From the sequence record MN871441.1: a stretch of DNA of 64,000 nt. One strand, 5' to 3'. The notes below the pieces were generated by a model. That model saw only the letters and a program-made list of their open reading frames with translations. It was not told the origin of the DNA and did not search any database. This document shows positions 9,456 through 18,827 of this stretch, piece after piece (within the stretch, counting starts at the first letter, position 1; each line of letters starts with the position of its first letter). Both the position numbers and the translations under genes were made by a program.

Positions 9456-10328
9456 TTAAGCAGCAAACGGAATATCTAGTTTTCCGTTATGAAGATAACC
9501 ATCAATTGTTACAATATCGTAAACTTTGTTCTTTTCATCAAGNACATAGTTNANATCNACACANTTNTCGTCAAANACCAACACNGGGTTGTTNAGTGGG
9601 TGTGGTTCTCGTTTCAAAAACTCTTCACATGCAGCAAATTGATTTTCGTAAATGTGAACGTTGTTCATAACATGGGTAACCTTCCCAACCTTATGACCAG
9701 TAATCTTAGCCATCAGTTCTAGGAAAAACCATGCTTGGAGCATATTGGCGGGGCCACCTAGAAGGATGTCAGTGCTACGTTGATACGACGTGAGATGAAG
9801 GGTATCACCGATAAGCTGGAACTGGTGCATCATCATACAAGGACGCAAACAACCTTCTTCGAACCGAGAAGGATCCCAAAAGGTAATGATCTCCCCGCGA
9901 TTATCAATACCAGCTTTTAGATCTTCATACACATCCAAAAGTAGGTCGTATTCCCCGCCCATGTTACCAAAGTCGCGAGCGATTGCACCATAGACATTAC
10001 CCATATCATCCTCACCCAGTCGGTTTGGATTGGCTAACCATGCTTTGGTCTCATTTGCGTTGGCATCCCATGTACGAGTTCCGAGATCACGAAATTGCTT
10101 TGCGCTTGTATATCCTCTCAGATAACCAACAAACTCAGCGATAAACATCTTGAAGAAAACATGTTTATGAGAAATCATCGGACAACGGTCATAAACCATA
10201 ACATGAGTTGGGATAGTTCGACAAACATATCCAGTACGAGAGTTAAAGATGTCGTGACCAGATTCAAAAACATTCTTTACTAGATTGTAATATTCTGATT
10301 CGTACTTACCTTGTGGGAGTAATGTCAT
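9456..10328 (-). CDS. td: thymidylate synthase
   Basis: TWDANAN, GCLRPCMMMHQF catalytic Cys, YQRSTDILLGGPAN, HIYENQ; no intron. Confidence 0.95.
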   Translation of the reverse strand: MTLLPQGKYESEYYNLVKNVFESGHDIFNSRTGYVCRTIPTHVMVYDRCPMISHKHVFFKMFIAEFVGYLRGYTSAKQFRDLGTRTWDANANETKAWLANPNRLGEDDMGNVYGAIARDFGNMGGEYDLLLDVYEDLKAGIDNRGEIITFWDPSRFEEGCLRPCMMMHQFQLIGDTLHLTSYQRSTDILLGGPANMLQAWFFLELMAKITGHKVGKVTHVMNNVHIYENQFAACEEFLKREPHPXNNXVLXFDXXCXDXNYXLDEKNKVYDIVTIDGYLHNGKLDIPFAA

Positions 10329-10618
10329 TGCATCAAGATCCCACCGGTAGATTTGCTATAACCCCCAAGAGCCTCAGTAGAACTCTTAACGTTTTCCATC
10401 TGCTCGTAGAAAGCCGTCATAGCAAGCTGCATTTCGGTAAACCCTGCTCGGAGTTCCGTATTTGATTCAGCTAGACTTTGAATTGTGGCTTCGTGTGTCT
10501 TGATTGTTTCTCGCTGGTGTTCCAACTGTTTAACCATTGCGTCGATCATAAAATTCTGCACNANNATGGATNCTTCAACAGTAGGATTTTCTTTTTCAAT
10601 TAGTTCATTGATATTCAT
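10325..10618 (-). CDS. coiled-coil hypothetical protein
   Basis: heptad-like ORF coupled between frd and td. Confidence 0.65.
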   Translation of the reverse strand: MNINELIEKENPTVEXSXXVQNFMIDAMVKQLEHQRETIKTHEATIQSLAESNTELRAGFTEMQLAMTAFYEQMENVKSSTEALGGYSKSTGGILMQ

Positions 10619-11160
10619 TTACTTTCCTTTTTGAATTTTTTGAAATGAGTATATACAACACTCAGNCCCTCTTTNGTGGTAAGNACCTGACTATCCATGA
10701 TACACATANTGCNTGAGATTTCCTTGACCAANCCCATATCGAGGTTTACGTCACAGAATTGNTTAGATGGCATTGTAGCGCAGGATATAACGGTTACATG
10801 NGCTTCNTCAACCATTCCAGAAGACATGAAATGATAAAGCATACTCGGACCACCAATAACACAAAAATCAGTTTCTGGGTTATCTTCAATCATCTGATTG
10901 ATCAACCCCATATCATCAGAGATAACATCCGGACCCTCACCACTCTTAGTGACTGAATCAGGATTAGATGATAACACAATATGCATACGATCTTTAAGTT
11001 TACTTGGAAGAGATTCAAACGTCCCACGACCCATAATCAGAACTTTTTTGGAAGTTACNTCTTTGAATTTCTGCATATCTTCTCGGATATGNGGCCAAGG
11101 CATAGTACCACAATGNCCGAATTGCCCTTGTTCACCAACCGCAAAAACTAAACTAATCAT
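10615..11160 (-). CDS. frd: dihydrofolate reductase
   Basis: MPW.HIREDMQKF, LIMGRGTFESLP..L.DR, VIGGPS. Confidence 0.92.
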   Translation of the reverse strand: MISLVFAVGEQGQFXHCGTMPWXHIREDMQKFKXVTSKKVLIMGRGTFESLPSKLKDRMHIVLSSNPDSVTKSGEGPDVISDDMGLINQMIEDNPETDFCVIGGPSMLYHFMSSGMVXEXHVTVISCATMPSXQFCDVNLDMXLVKEISXXMCIMDSQXLTXKEXLSVVYTHFKKFKKESK

Positions 11161-11170
11161 CTTCTACCTC

Positions 11171-11356
11171 TTAATAAGTACATTCATAACAAGAAAATTC
11201 GTACTTACTTTCTTGTTTTTCATTAGGATTTTTTATCTTAACACGGATACCACAAAGACAATTATCCTCCCATGGTAAGCATCGATGTTTCTTATTATCG
11301 ACACCCACACAACGAATCAAATTCTCTCGGATCTCTTGCTTTGTCATATTTCTCAT
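11171..11356 (-). CDS. small Cys-rich protein
   Basis: CLCG and CYEC. Confidence 0.6.
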   Translation of the reverse strand: MRNMTKQEIRENLIRCVGVDNKKHRCLPWEDNCLCGIRVKIKNPNEKQESKYEFSCYECTY

Positions 11357-11730
11357 GGTTGAAGACTCATATCCATTTTAGTTACGTCAAATAGATAAAT
11401 ACTTGGATGGGTCGAGCAGTAGTCATCACATTTAAACCCAAAATACATACTATCCCGATAAACGTCTTTAACAACGATTTCCATGGAGTAAACAATATCA
11501 CCTTTCTTATACACCAACAAAGAATAACCATCGGATTGGAAGACCCTCCATGGATATGATGTATAATCGTGGTCATATCGAACGTTAGTCAAGATACGTT
11601 TATCTGCATAAATATAATTCAGTTCCATTTTAAACCCCCAGAAGGTTAAGAAGAGTGTATTCAGATTTCCCTTTTGCAAAATGACAGAAAGAATGAAAAT
11701 CCTCCTTGGTATATCGACCTTTCCGAACAT
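11353..11730 (-). CDS. hypothetical protein
   Basis: ORF; true start probably MELNYIY. Confidence 0.55.
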   Translation of the reverse strand: MFGKVDIPRRIFILSVILQKGNLNTLFLTFWGFKMELNYIYADKRILTNVRYDHDYTSYPWRVFQSDGYSLLVYKKGDIVYSMEIVVKDVYRDSMYFGFKCDDYCSTHPSIYLFDVTKMDMSLQP

Positions 11731-11787
11731 ACATTTTAAAGGTACGATTCAAAATCTTTTCTCGATCTGATTGATGACCTAGCTTTT

Positions 11788-12027
11788 TCATTCTACTTCC
11801 TCCAAACACTCTTCTACCATTTTGAAATATTCTTCTTTGTTGTATCCACCCGGAACATCAAACAAAAGGAAACCGTCGTATATGTCACCATCTTGGTCTT
11901 TACTGATACCAAATGCTTTTACACCAAGCCAACCAACGTGATACACTTCGATGACGTCACCAACACCAACGATATGTCTCTCACTAACTGGTGTTGTGAT
12001 CCGATACTTTTTACCTAATTCAATCAT
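11788..12027 (-). CDS. hypothetical protein
   Basis: 79 aa ORF. Confidence 0.65.
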   Translation of the reverse strand: MIELGKKYRITTPVSERHIVGVGDVIEVYHVGWLGVKAFGISKDQDGDIYDGFLLFDVPGGYNKEEYFKMVEECLEEVE

Positions 12028-12029
12028 AG

Positions 12030-12251
12030 TTATACCCTCACCAAGAATTGTTTTTCATAGTCGGTGATGAAGAAATCTTGTCCACCTTTACTAACCCAAA
12101 ATCCACCCAAATCTTTATATGCTGGTTCGTCATGAACACGGAAAGGGTCTAGACCAACAATACCAGCAAGCAGTAGGTTGTGTTGATCTGTACACGGCAT
12201 TTCAGAAACAAATTGGTTCATAGCTTCTTCTGATTTGAACTTATACATCAT
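12030..12251 (-). CDS. hypothetical protein, YKFKSE family
   Basis: MMYKFKSEEAMNQF; GAGG RBS. Confidence 0.65.
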   Translation of the reverse strand: MMYKFKSEEAMNQFVSEMPCTDQHNLLLAGIVGLDPFRVHDEPAYKDLGGFWVSKGGQDFFITDYEKQFLVRV

Positions 12252-12255
12252 GATC

Positions 12256-12342
12256 TTAATCCTCATAAGATTTGCGAATACCAACAGAAACTTTTTCTTT
12301 TACGCCATAAGAACCGTCATTCATTTGAGTTTTGATTAACAT
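12256..12342 (-). CDS. 28-aa micro-ORF
   Basis: MLIKTQMNDGSYGVKEKVSVGIRKSYED after AAGGAGG RBS and promoter. Confidence 0.5.
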   Translation of the reverse strand: MLIKTQMNDGSYGVKEKVSVGIRKSYED

Positions 12343-12372
12343 GACAGCCTCCTTCTTGTTTCTTCGTGGGCT

Positions 12373-12401
12373 ATATTACAAAAGTTGGGACGTGAAATCA
12401 A
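12373..12401 (-). promoter_or_regulatory. sigma70-like early promoter
   Basis: TTGATT-N17-TAATAT. Confidence 0.6.
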
Positions 12402-13378
12402 CCAATTTTTGAAAATAAATCCAGTACAGCAGATGTTTTTGCTTTCGCTTCAACTTCTAGACAACCCAAACCAGACAGGATTTTAGCTTGTTGGATGACC
12501 ATAGGATCATCAATATAATCGCTATGTGCGCGGGATACTTTGTCTACTTCACGGCTTTGTGAAACGTGGAAAAACGGTTTTTGGTTTCTCCAAGTGGAAA
12601 GGATTCGTTCAAACGTAGATGAATCAACATCCAAAAATTCACCGGTCATAACAAGATGGTGATGACAGTCATACAACATTTTTATACCATATTTTTCACA
12701 AATAAGCAACGTATTTTGGGTGTCCCCCGTGAAGATCTTACCGTTTTTATCGCTATTCTCAAATGAGAGCCAAGGAATAAGATCCGAATATTGACCATTA
12801 TCAAGTTCCGGGAGATGTTCTAAGTTGCCTTCAAGATGAATATTAATACAAGATTTGTCTGATGTAGTCAACCGTTCCATAAAATATTTGTGATACATGA
12901 GGGTAGCAAAAGATTGATTTCTGGTATCTTCNCCGACAGAATTGATGATAACAAACTGNTCCGGGTGAGTAGATATCACGATACCGTTTGAATCNATTAC
13001 TTTTTTGCAACGATTTAGCAACATGTCCACANCGGATAACATATCCACATCGTAAAGAGACCCTAACACTGGGTGGTCAAACAACGGAAGTAGATCTGAA
13101 CTAATCCGCAGAGCATGACATTCAGTTGGCATACCAGACACAAAAACCAGTTGGTTGTACAAAGCATTTAGATTTTGTTTAACTTTAGGCATCAGCTTTG
13201 CCTTTAGTTTAATAGAATTTTTAGATACCACATCCAATGTAAGGAGTGACGGGTCGTCAATCCCACATATCTGCATCATACTTTTTCTGGTAACCGTACC
13301 CATTTTTGTATCTTTATGAGCGGTAAAAGTTGATTTAGACTTATCGAAAATACCAGTCATACATACAGTACCAAGCAT
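12398..13378 (-). CDS. uvsE: UV damage endonuclease (UvsE/UVDE family)
   Basis: RISSDLLPLFDHP, ISTHPxQF, FENSDK, YDCHHH, RAHSDYI, EVEAKAK. Confidence 0.9.
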   Translation of the reverse strand: MLGTVCMTGIFDKSKSTFTAHKDTKMGTVTRKSMMQICGIDDPSLLTLDVVSKNSIKLKAKLMPKVKQNLNALYNQLVFVSGMPTECHALRISSDLLPLFDHPVLGSLYDVDMLSXVDMLLNRCKKVXDSNGIVISTHPXQFVIINSVXEDTRNQSFATLMYHKYFMERLTTSDKSCINIHLEGNLEHLPELDNGQYSDLIPWLSFENSDKNGKIFTGDTQNTLLICEKYGIKMLYDCHHHLVMTGEFLDVDSSTFERILSTWRNQKPFFHVSQSREVDKVSRAHSDYIDDPMVIQQAKILSGLGCLEVEAKAKTSAVLDLFSKIG

Positions 13379-13409
13379 TTAAAAATCCCCTACAACATTA
13401 TGTGGGTGT

Positions 13410-13446
13410 ATAATAACAAAAAGGGCTGACCCAAGTCAACCCTTTT
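13410..13446 (-). promoter_or_regulatory. terminator hairpin overlapping an early promoter
   Basis: GGGTTGAC-TTGG-GTCAGCCC-TTTTT; TTGACT in 5' arm, N18, TATTAT. Confidence 0.6.
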
Positions 13447-13451
13447 TTCAT

Positions 13452-13739
13452 TTAAAATTCCAGAGTATCGAAATCTTTATCCATCAGNTGGAGAACAATC
13501 TTTTTGAACTTCGCTTTTGTCTTTGAGTTAATAGGNATAGAACCCAAGAATTCCCAGTAAGAACCAGTAAATTCAAAAATCTGCAAATCGTCCCCGTCTA
13601 TCTCAGTCGCCAGATAACCGAGGTTTGGACCACCCAGACAATCAAACAACCCAGTACAAGTACTACCATCGCCCCAATTCAGGGTATCTTCAAACAGTGA
13701 ATTAAATTTTGCAGTTTGTTCTTTATTCATCTTAGCCAT
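13452..13739 (-). CDS. hypothetical protein
   Basis: 95 aa ORF. Confidence 0.65.
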   Translation of the reverse strand: MAKMNKEQTAKFNSLFEDTLNWGDGSTCTGLFDCLGGPNLGYLATEIDGDDLQIFEFTGSYWEFLGSXPINSKTKAKFKKIVLXLMDKDFDTLEF

Positions 13740-13799
13740 TATATTAACCTTTTANTTTAGTTGTGTTGNGGTTGCAATACGCAACCCCTTTCTATTTTA

Positions 13800-15351
13800 T
13801 TACAGACCAGCCAGNGCACGAGCTTGGATGTCTTTCCAGATTTGGAAGTTAACAATCTTACCNTCACGGAAAGCAAGTTTCANTTCNCCTTGGTTGAACT
13901 CATCAGCGGTTTGGTTCTCGAAAAGAACATAATCACCATCNACNTTNTCAACCCGCAGACGACCCCGAGCGGANTTCTTACTGTTCAACGCAGTTTTCGG
14001 GTTCTTCTGCATGGAGATATCAATTCCATCAACGATGGAGTGAGTACCCTTGATTGCAATAGAGAAGCTATCGCGAGAAGCATTCTTGAGGAAACCCCAA
14101 CTACCAGTACCCATCAGTACGTTGGAAACACACCAGCCAGCAGCAGCCATACCAGCATAGATCTTCTCTTGCAGTTCACCGTCAATCGCTTCACCGTAGA
14201 TGATACCAACTTTCGGATTCAGAACACGAAAACCCTTCTCGTTCACAGTACCACCAAAAATATCCCACAGGATTTGCAGAGACCCTTTACGTTCGTTCTC
14301 ATCTTCTGCTTCCGGGTCACCCATGATCACCTCGTAAGGAGTCTTNCGGGTTCTTCTGCATGGAGATATCAATTCCATCAACGATGGAGTGAGTACCCTT
14401 GATTGCAATAGAGAAGCTATCGCGAGAAGCATTCNNNAGGNNACNCCNACTACCAGACNATNATACGTNGNNNACNNNCCGCCANCACTATCCGCAACGT
14501 AACTCAGGATCCCGGTCGGATAAGTTTCTGTGAACAGACGGCGGAGGCTTTCACGTTCTGCATGTTCAAAGCCCAAGACCACGGAAATAAGCGATACGCT
14601 GGCAAGTAACCGCATGTTCTGTTGCATTTACAGAACAACCAATCAGTTCATTGTCACTGTCAGCACCATAGTAGTCTTCGAGGTAATCGATAGCCCAACC
14701 AGTGTCAGTACCTGCACTAAAAAGAAGCTGACCCATACCAGAGATTGTAGCATCTTCGATGCCACGATGTCCACGAGCGGCGAAACAATGATTAGCAATC
14801 AATACCCAAAAATCGTTAGCCCCTGTAATAGGTGCCCACTTAGCGGAAGTTTTACGATACTGACTTGATACCATCGCGGCGTTACTCATAGGCCACACCA
14901 TCGCACTGAGATAAGTTTCGAGATAGTTTACCAACCAGAAATAATCAGGGTGTGTGTTATTCACAACAAACACAGGGACACCCATATTAACCCAGTTACC
15001 CTCTTCAATTGCACGCACTTCAATCGGCATATATCCAAGGTCATGAAGATCCGATAGGTTTTTGGTCATTACATCGCCGTAGTCCTTACCAATGGAGTTC
15101 TTCACCCGACGAACAAACCGTTTGATTACTTTATCTTTTGATTTGCGGAAGAAGTTTTGATCCCATTGCTCTACCAGATGTTGGAGTGCATATTGCAGAC
15201 CGAAGAATACCATCTTACCGTTGGAATCCAAAACGTTAGCATATTTGTCACTTCTGGGGGTCATATTAGAATATACATACGAAGTATTATCAATATACAT
15301 TTCGGCGTGAGCCCACTTATAAAAGTCGGAGGTCATATGTGGATATTTCAT
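13800..15351 (-). CDS. nadV: nicotinamide phosphoribosyltransferase-like protein (Nampt/NadV; candidate Namat), frame broken in this assembly
   Basis: SDFYKWAH, YSNMTPRS, ARGHRG, ATEHAV, SYVADS, IIYGEAI, RDSFSIAIK, KxSARGRL; 1-nt shift near 14570 and misplaced duplicate at 14347-14434. Confidence 0.88.
13998..14434. repeat. 88-bp direct duplication inside the Nampt-like gene
   Basis: 13998-14085 identical to 14347-14434 (offset 349). Confidence 0.85.
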
Positions 15352-15402
15352 TTTCTCATTTCCTAAATAGATTAAAGGGATATTTTATAACAAGGTTTAT
15401 TT

Positions 15403-16386
15403 ATGATTGATGAATTCAGTGGAACCAAGTTCCAAACACCAACCGGTAGTATATTAACAGTTAATCATATAGTTGGCAAGCAACAACGAAGGAAACTATA
15501 CGATGTAAGTTGTTCGGTATGCTCTGTAGATAAAGAGTTATATCCAGATGGATTTAAATTATCCAAACCAGATCTAACTAGAGGTAGAATCCCATGTGGG
15601 TGTTCTAAAAAACCTCAGTTATCTGAACAACAATATACTATCATAGTGAAACGTATATGTAAAGAGAAAAACTACAAATTTATAGGCTTTATTGGTGGAT
15701 ACAAAAATAAAAACACAAAAGTTGTTTACGAGTGTCCGTATCATGGCATTCAAGATACAACAAGTTATGACAATTTCGTTAACAAATCTAATGGGTGTAG
15801 AAAATGTGCTCATAGTGAGTTGATTGAATCCAAGAGAAACAAGGATTATATAACCAACGTATTAGGTATTTGTCAAACAGAAAATTACGAATTCATCGGA
15901 TATCAAAACGGATACAAAAATAAGAATTCTAAGTTCGACTATATATGCAAAACACACAACCAGAGTTTTAACGTCAGTTACGATTCGTTTGTTAATGCGG
16001 GATGTCGAGCTACATGTTGTAATTCTAACTATGGTGGATTCAAACGTGATAAACCAGCAATACTTTACGTTGTTAAATGGTCTAATAAGTCTAGATCTTG
16101 GATTAAGTTTGGTATAACCAACCACACAGAAACCCCAGAAATTAGGTTTGAACAACAGAAAGAAGTACACCACAACAAAACAGGTGGTGTACTAAAATAT
16201 ACACCACTATACATAACTGAACCAACTGACGGAGAAATTATTTTTCAGTTGGAAACCACAGTTAGTAATCTAAAACAAAAATATGGTAATGCTTGTACAA
16301 AATCTGATATGACCGACGGTTATACAGAAACATTACCATTAGAATCATATAGTGACATTATGGATATCATAAAAGGCGAGGACTAA
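15403..16386 (+). mobile_element. free-standing homing endonuclease (Cys-rich Zn-ribbon repeats + C-terminal GIY-YIG-like domain)
   Basis: CSVC/PCGC, CPYHG..CRKC repeats; LYVVKW..IKFGITN..RFEQQ..GYTE; only plus-strand gene. Confidence 0.75.
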
Positions 16387-16521
16387 GGTTCTTGCCTTTT
16401 TCAATNNAACNACCATCNTTGTAAGAATGAANCACCAAATCACCAACTATATTATATCCAATACTTTCGAGCGTAATGTCGATTATTTTTGTCATAACCC
16501 GTCCGGGGGTTTGCCATTTAT

Positions 16522-16719
16522 TCATTTAATCATACCTACATACTCTTTAGCAAGCCTAATTGCCTCATCTTTAGATTGTACCGTTACGTTTGGTTTATTC
16601 TTGTCACACGAACCACCACCGTAATAGTAACGAACATCAAACATACCATATTCGTTACTAAGTACGCAAGCTTTTTTATATACGTCATCATACCAACGAT
16701 TATCAAATTTCCAGATCAT
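16522..16719 (-). CDS. hypothetical protein
   Basis: overlap-coupled ORF. Confidence 0.6.
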   Translation of the reverse strand: MIWKFDNRWYDDVYKKACVLSNEYGMFDVRYYYGGGSCDKNKPNVTVQSKDEAIRLAKEYVGMIK

Positions 16720-16955
16720 ACAGTTTTAACCCACAAATGTTGATTGTCTCTAACAAATCCATATATTTTTTGTTCTACTGGGGACAAATTTAGACAACGT
16801 TCCATCTCTTCATCGGACCACATTTTTTCTATTTCAACACCAACGCCACGAATTACAATTTTGTGGATATCTATATAAGTTTTCTTTGTCCGTTTGTGTT
16901 CGTTCATAATGTGTGCGAAAGCATCACATAGATATTTCATGTCAATTGGTTGCAT
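16716..16955 (-). CDS. hypothetical protein
   Basis: tiling ORF. Confidence 0.6.
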   Translation of the reverse strand: MQPIDMKYLCDAFAHIMNEHKRTKKTYIDIHKIVIRGVGVEIEKMWSDEEMERCLNLSPVEQKIYGFVRDNQHLWVKTV

Positions 16956-16957
16956 AG

Positions 16958-17200
16958 TTATTTTTCCTTATTGGGTATATGAATCAAAACACCACAACCA
17001 CAGTTTGGGCATACTGGTAGCTTACGCTTTAAGGTATCATTATACTTCCAATTGGCGGTTTTTATGAAATCGGACAAACCAAGAATATATGTAGTCCCAC
17101 ATCGAAAGCAAGTATTTTCCTGTTCACGAAGATAAGGACTNNACCATTTTATGTCTTTANTCANCAAAACTACNGTCAATACANNNNACTCATNTTTCAA
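16958..17200 (-). CDS. Zn-ribbon protein
   Basis: CFRC and CPNC. Confidence 0.6.
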   Translation of the reverse strand: MKXEXXVLXVVLXXKDIKWXSPYLREQENTCFRCGTTYILGLSDFIKTANWKYNDTLKRKLPVCPNCGCGVLIHIPNKEK

Positions 17201-17445
17201 TCGNTCNNCACNNGATGAAACCCGCCGTTTNGCTGACANCTACCGANANTATCACGACCAGTATCAATGATTTCGATATCATTTTCTTCCGAACGGAACC
17301 ANTCATGATATNGNTCAAACATCCGGATCNGGTNTACCTTTTTCACTTCGTCCATTGGAATTTCACCAATAATCTTGATGGTGATNGGTTGATATGATTC
17401 GTGACAGTCTTCTTTCTTCAATACATATGTAATTGAATTAATCAT
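17197..17445 (-). CDS. hypothetical protein
   Basis: tiling ORF, N-rich. Confidence 0.5.
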   Translation of the reverse strand: MINSITYVLKKEDCHESYQXITIKIIGEIPMDEVKKVXXIRMFXXYHXWFRSEENDIEIIDTGRDXXGXCQXNGGFHXVXXD

Positions 17446-17620
17446 TTCTTTTCTCCAAAACAGAGAGTACCGATAGCCAGATTATGAACAAGNTTCTTGA
17501 NCCCTTCTTCGTTCATCCCATTCGCCTTTTCTCGCATCAACATTTCCTGAACAGATTGGTTAGCCAGAAGTTCATCGATACGGGNGTTNATGATTTGGGT
17601 CATAGTTTCGATACTCATCA
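17442..17620 (-). CDS. hypothetical protein
   Basis: MMSIETMTQ... ORF after prs; start approximate. Confidence 0.5.
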
Positions 17621-17631
17621 TGTTTAGTTCC

Positions 17632-18429
17632 TTATTTTGTCCAGTCGAAACGAGTATATACGTTGTCGATGTACTGTGCAAGGTTTTCTTTGGCGTTGTA
17701 AGAAAAAATTCCATGGGTAACAAACAGGTCNACNCGNNNCGCACCAGACTCTTTCAATACTTTACCAAGATTNAGGAAAGAACGNCCACCATCACAAATA
17801 TCGTCTACGATCAACAACCGCTTACCTTTGACGTCAGCATTGAAACGAGGTTCGCTAACTTCACCAGTGTTGATGTCACGAGTCTTCATGGCTTCAATTA
17901 CAGGTAGTCCCGCACTTTGAGCTTGAGGATAAATCTTTTTCAGAGCACCTGCATCTGGGGATACAATAGCATCATAATTACGACGGGAAATCCCTTGAGA
18001 ACCCCAACAACACTGTTTGTTAACAAATACGTTATTGATCAATGCGGTTGCTACATCGGAATGTGGATCGGTGAGACAAACCAAATCATATTTCATTGAG
18101 TTAATAAAATCACAAAAGACACGCAAAGACAGGCTTTCACCTACTGNCATAACTCGGTCTTGTCGAGCATAAGGGAGATAGGATAGGTCCAAAACGTATC
18201 GCACACCAGTCCCGAAGAATCGGTGAAGTGCATCCGTAAGGATCGCCAGTTTCATGATATCGCCATCGTGGATACTTGCATCAACACGAACAGTATCTGC
18301 CTCATAAGCCCCATATTCAATAACATCTTTTGGAAGTTTGACGTTCCATTCNCCACCAGCAAACTGTTTAAAATCTACAATTGCATGATTGATATTGAAG
18401 TCTTTATAAGTAACAAATAATTTATACAT
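17632..18429 (-). CDS. prs: ribose-phosphate pyrophosphokinase-like protein (candidate Adps)
   Basis: YLPYARQDRV, DPHSDV, VSPDAGA, KTRD, LIVDDICDG, VTHGIFS. Confidence 0.92.
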   Translation of the reverse strand: MYKLFVTYKDFNINHAIVDFKQFAGXEWNVKLPKDVIEYGAYEADTVRVDASIHDGDIMKLAILTDALHRFFGTGVRYVLDLSYLPYARQDRVMXVGESLSLRVFCDFINSMKYDLVCLTDPHSDVATALINNVFVNKQCCWGSQGISRRNYDAIVSPDAGALKKIYPQAQSAGLPVIEAMKTRDINTGEVSEPRFNADVKGKRLLIVDDICDGXRSFXNLGKVLKESGAXXXDLFVTHGIFSYNAKENLAQYIDNVYTRFDWTK

Positions 18430-18827
18430 TAGATAATCCTCATTGAAATTATGTCGGAGTTTAGGACGAGATATTCCCCTTCCCGTTTCAAGATCCTAAG
18501 TAGAATCTTTCTGTACGGTTCATAATCACAGAACTTGTGGATCATGAACCTGATGTTATCGATTGAAAGGATTGGAACTGCTTCTACTTCATATGTGTGT
18601 CCATCGTCTGTCTTCTGGAAGTATGACCCAACAGACCGAGCCGTTTTAGCACAAGAAGAAAAGCTATTCATCGTGTGATCATCGTGTGGATTCTTAGACG
18701 ACCACCTATACAAAATACACGGTTTATTATTAAATTTTTCTTTCGCATAGTCAACAAGAATTTTAACTTCGTCGTCGGATACGGGGAGTCCGTCAAGGTA
18801 ACGGAACAAAACAGAATGTGGGGTCAA
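18429..18827 (-). CDS. putative R-S-E type ADP-ribosyltransferase
   Basis: LYR41, S55-F-S57..A63, E116-G-E118-YLV; TTG start overlapping NADAR stop, TAATG overlap with prs. Confidence 0.55.
   Translation of the reverse strand: MTPHSVLFRYLDGLPVSDDEVKILVDYAKEKFNNKPCILYRWSSKNPHDDHTMNSFSSCAKTARSVGSYFQKTDDGHTYEVEAVPILSIDNIRFMIHKFCDYEPYRKILLRILKREGEYLVLNSDIISMRII

Noticed and set aside
9456-10328. Group I intron in td
   Set aside because: The ORF is uninterrupted.
14347-14627. Frameshift and 88-bp internal duplication in the Nampt-like gene as a split or recoded gene
   Set aside because: The duplicate is out of frame, N-flanked and replaces the expected conserved segment; misassembly plus a 1-nt indel.
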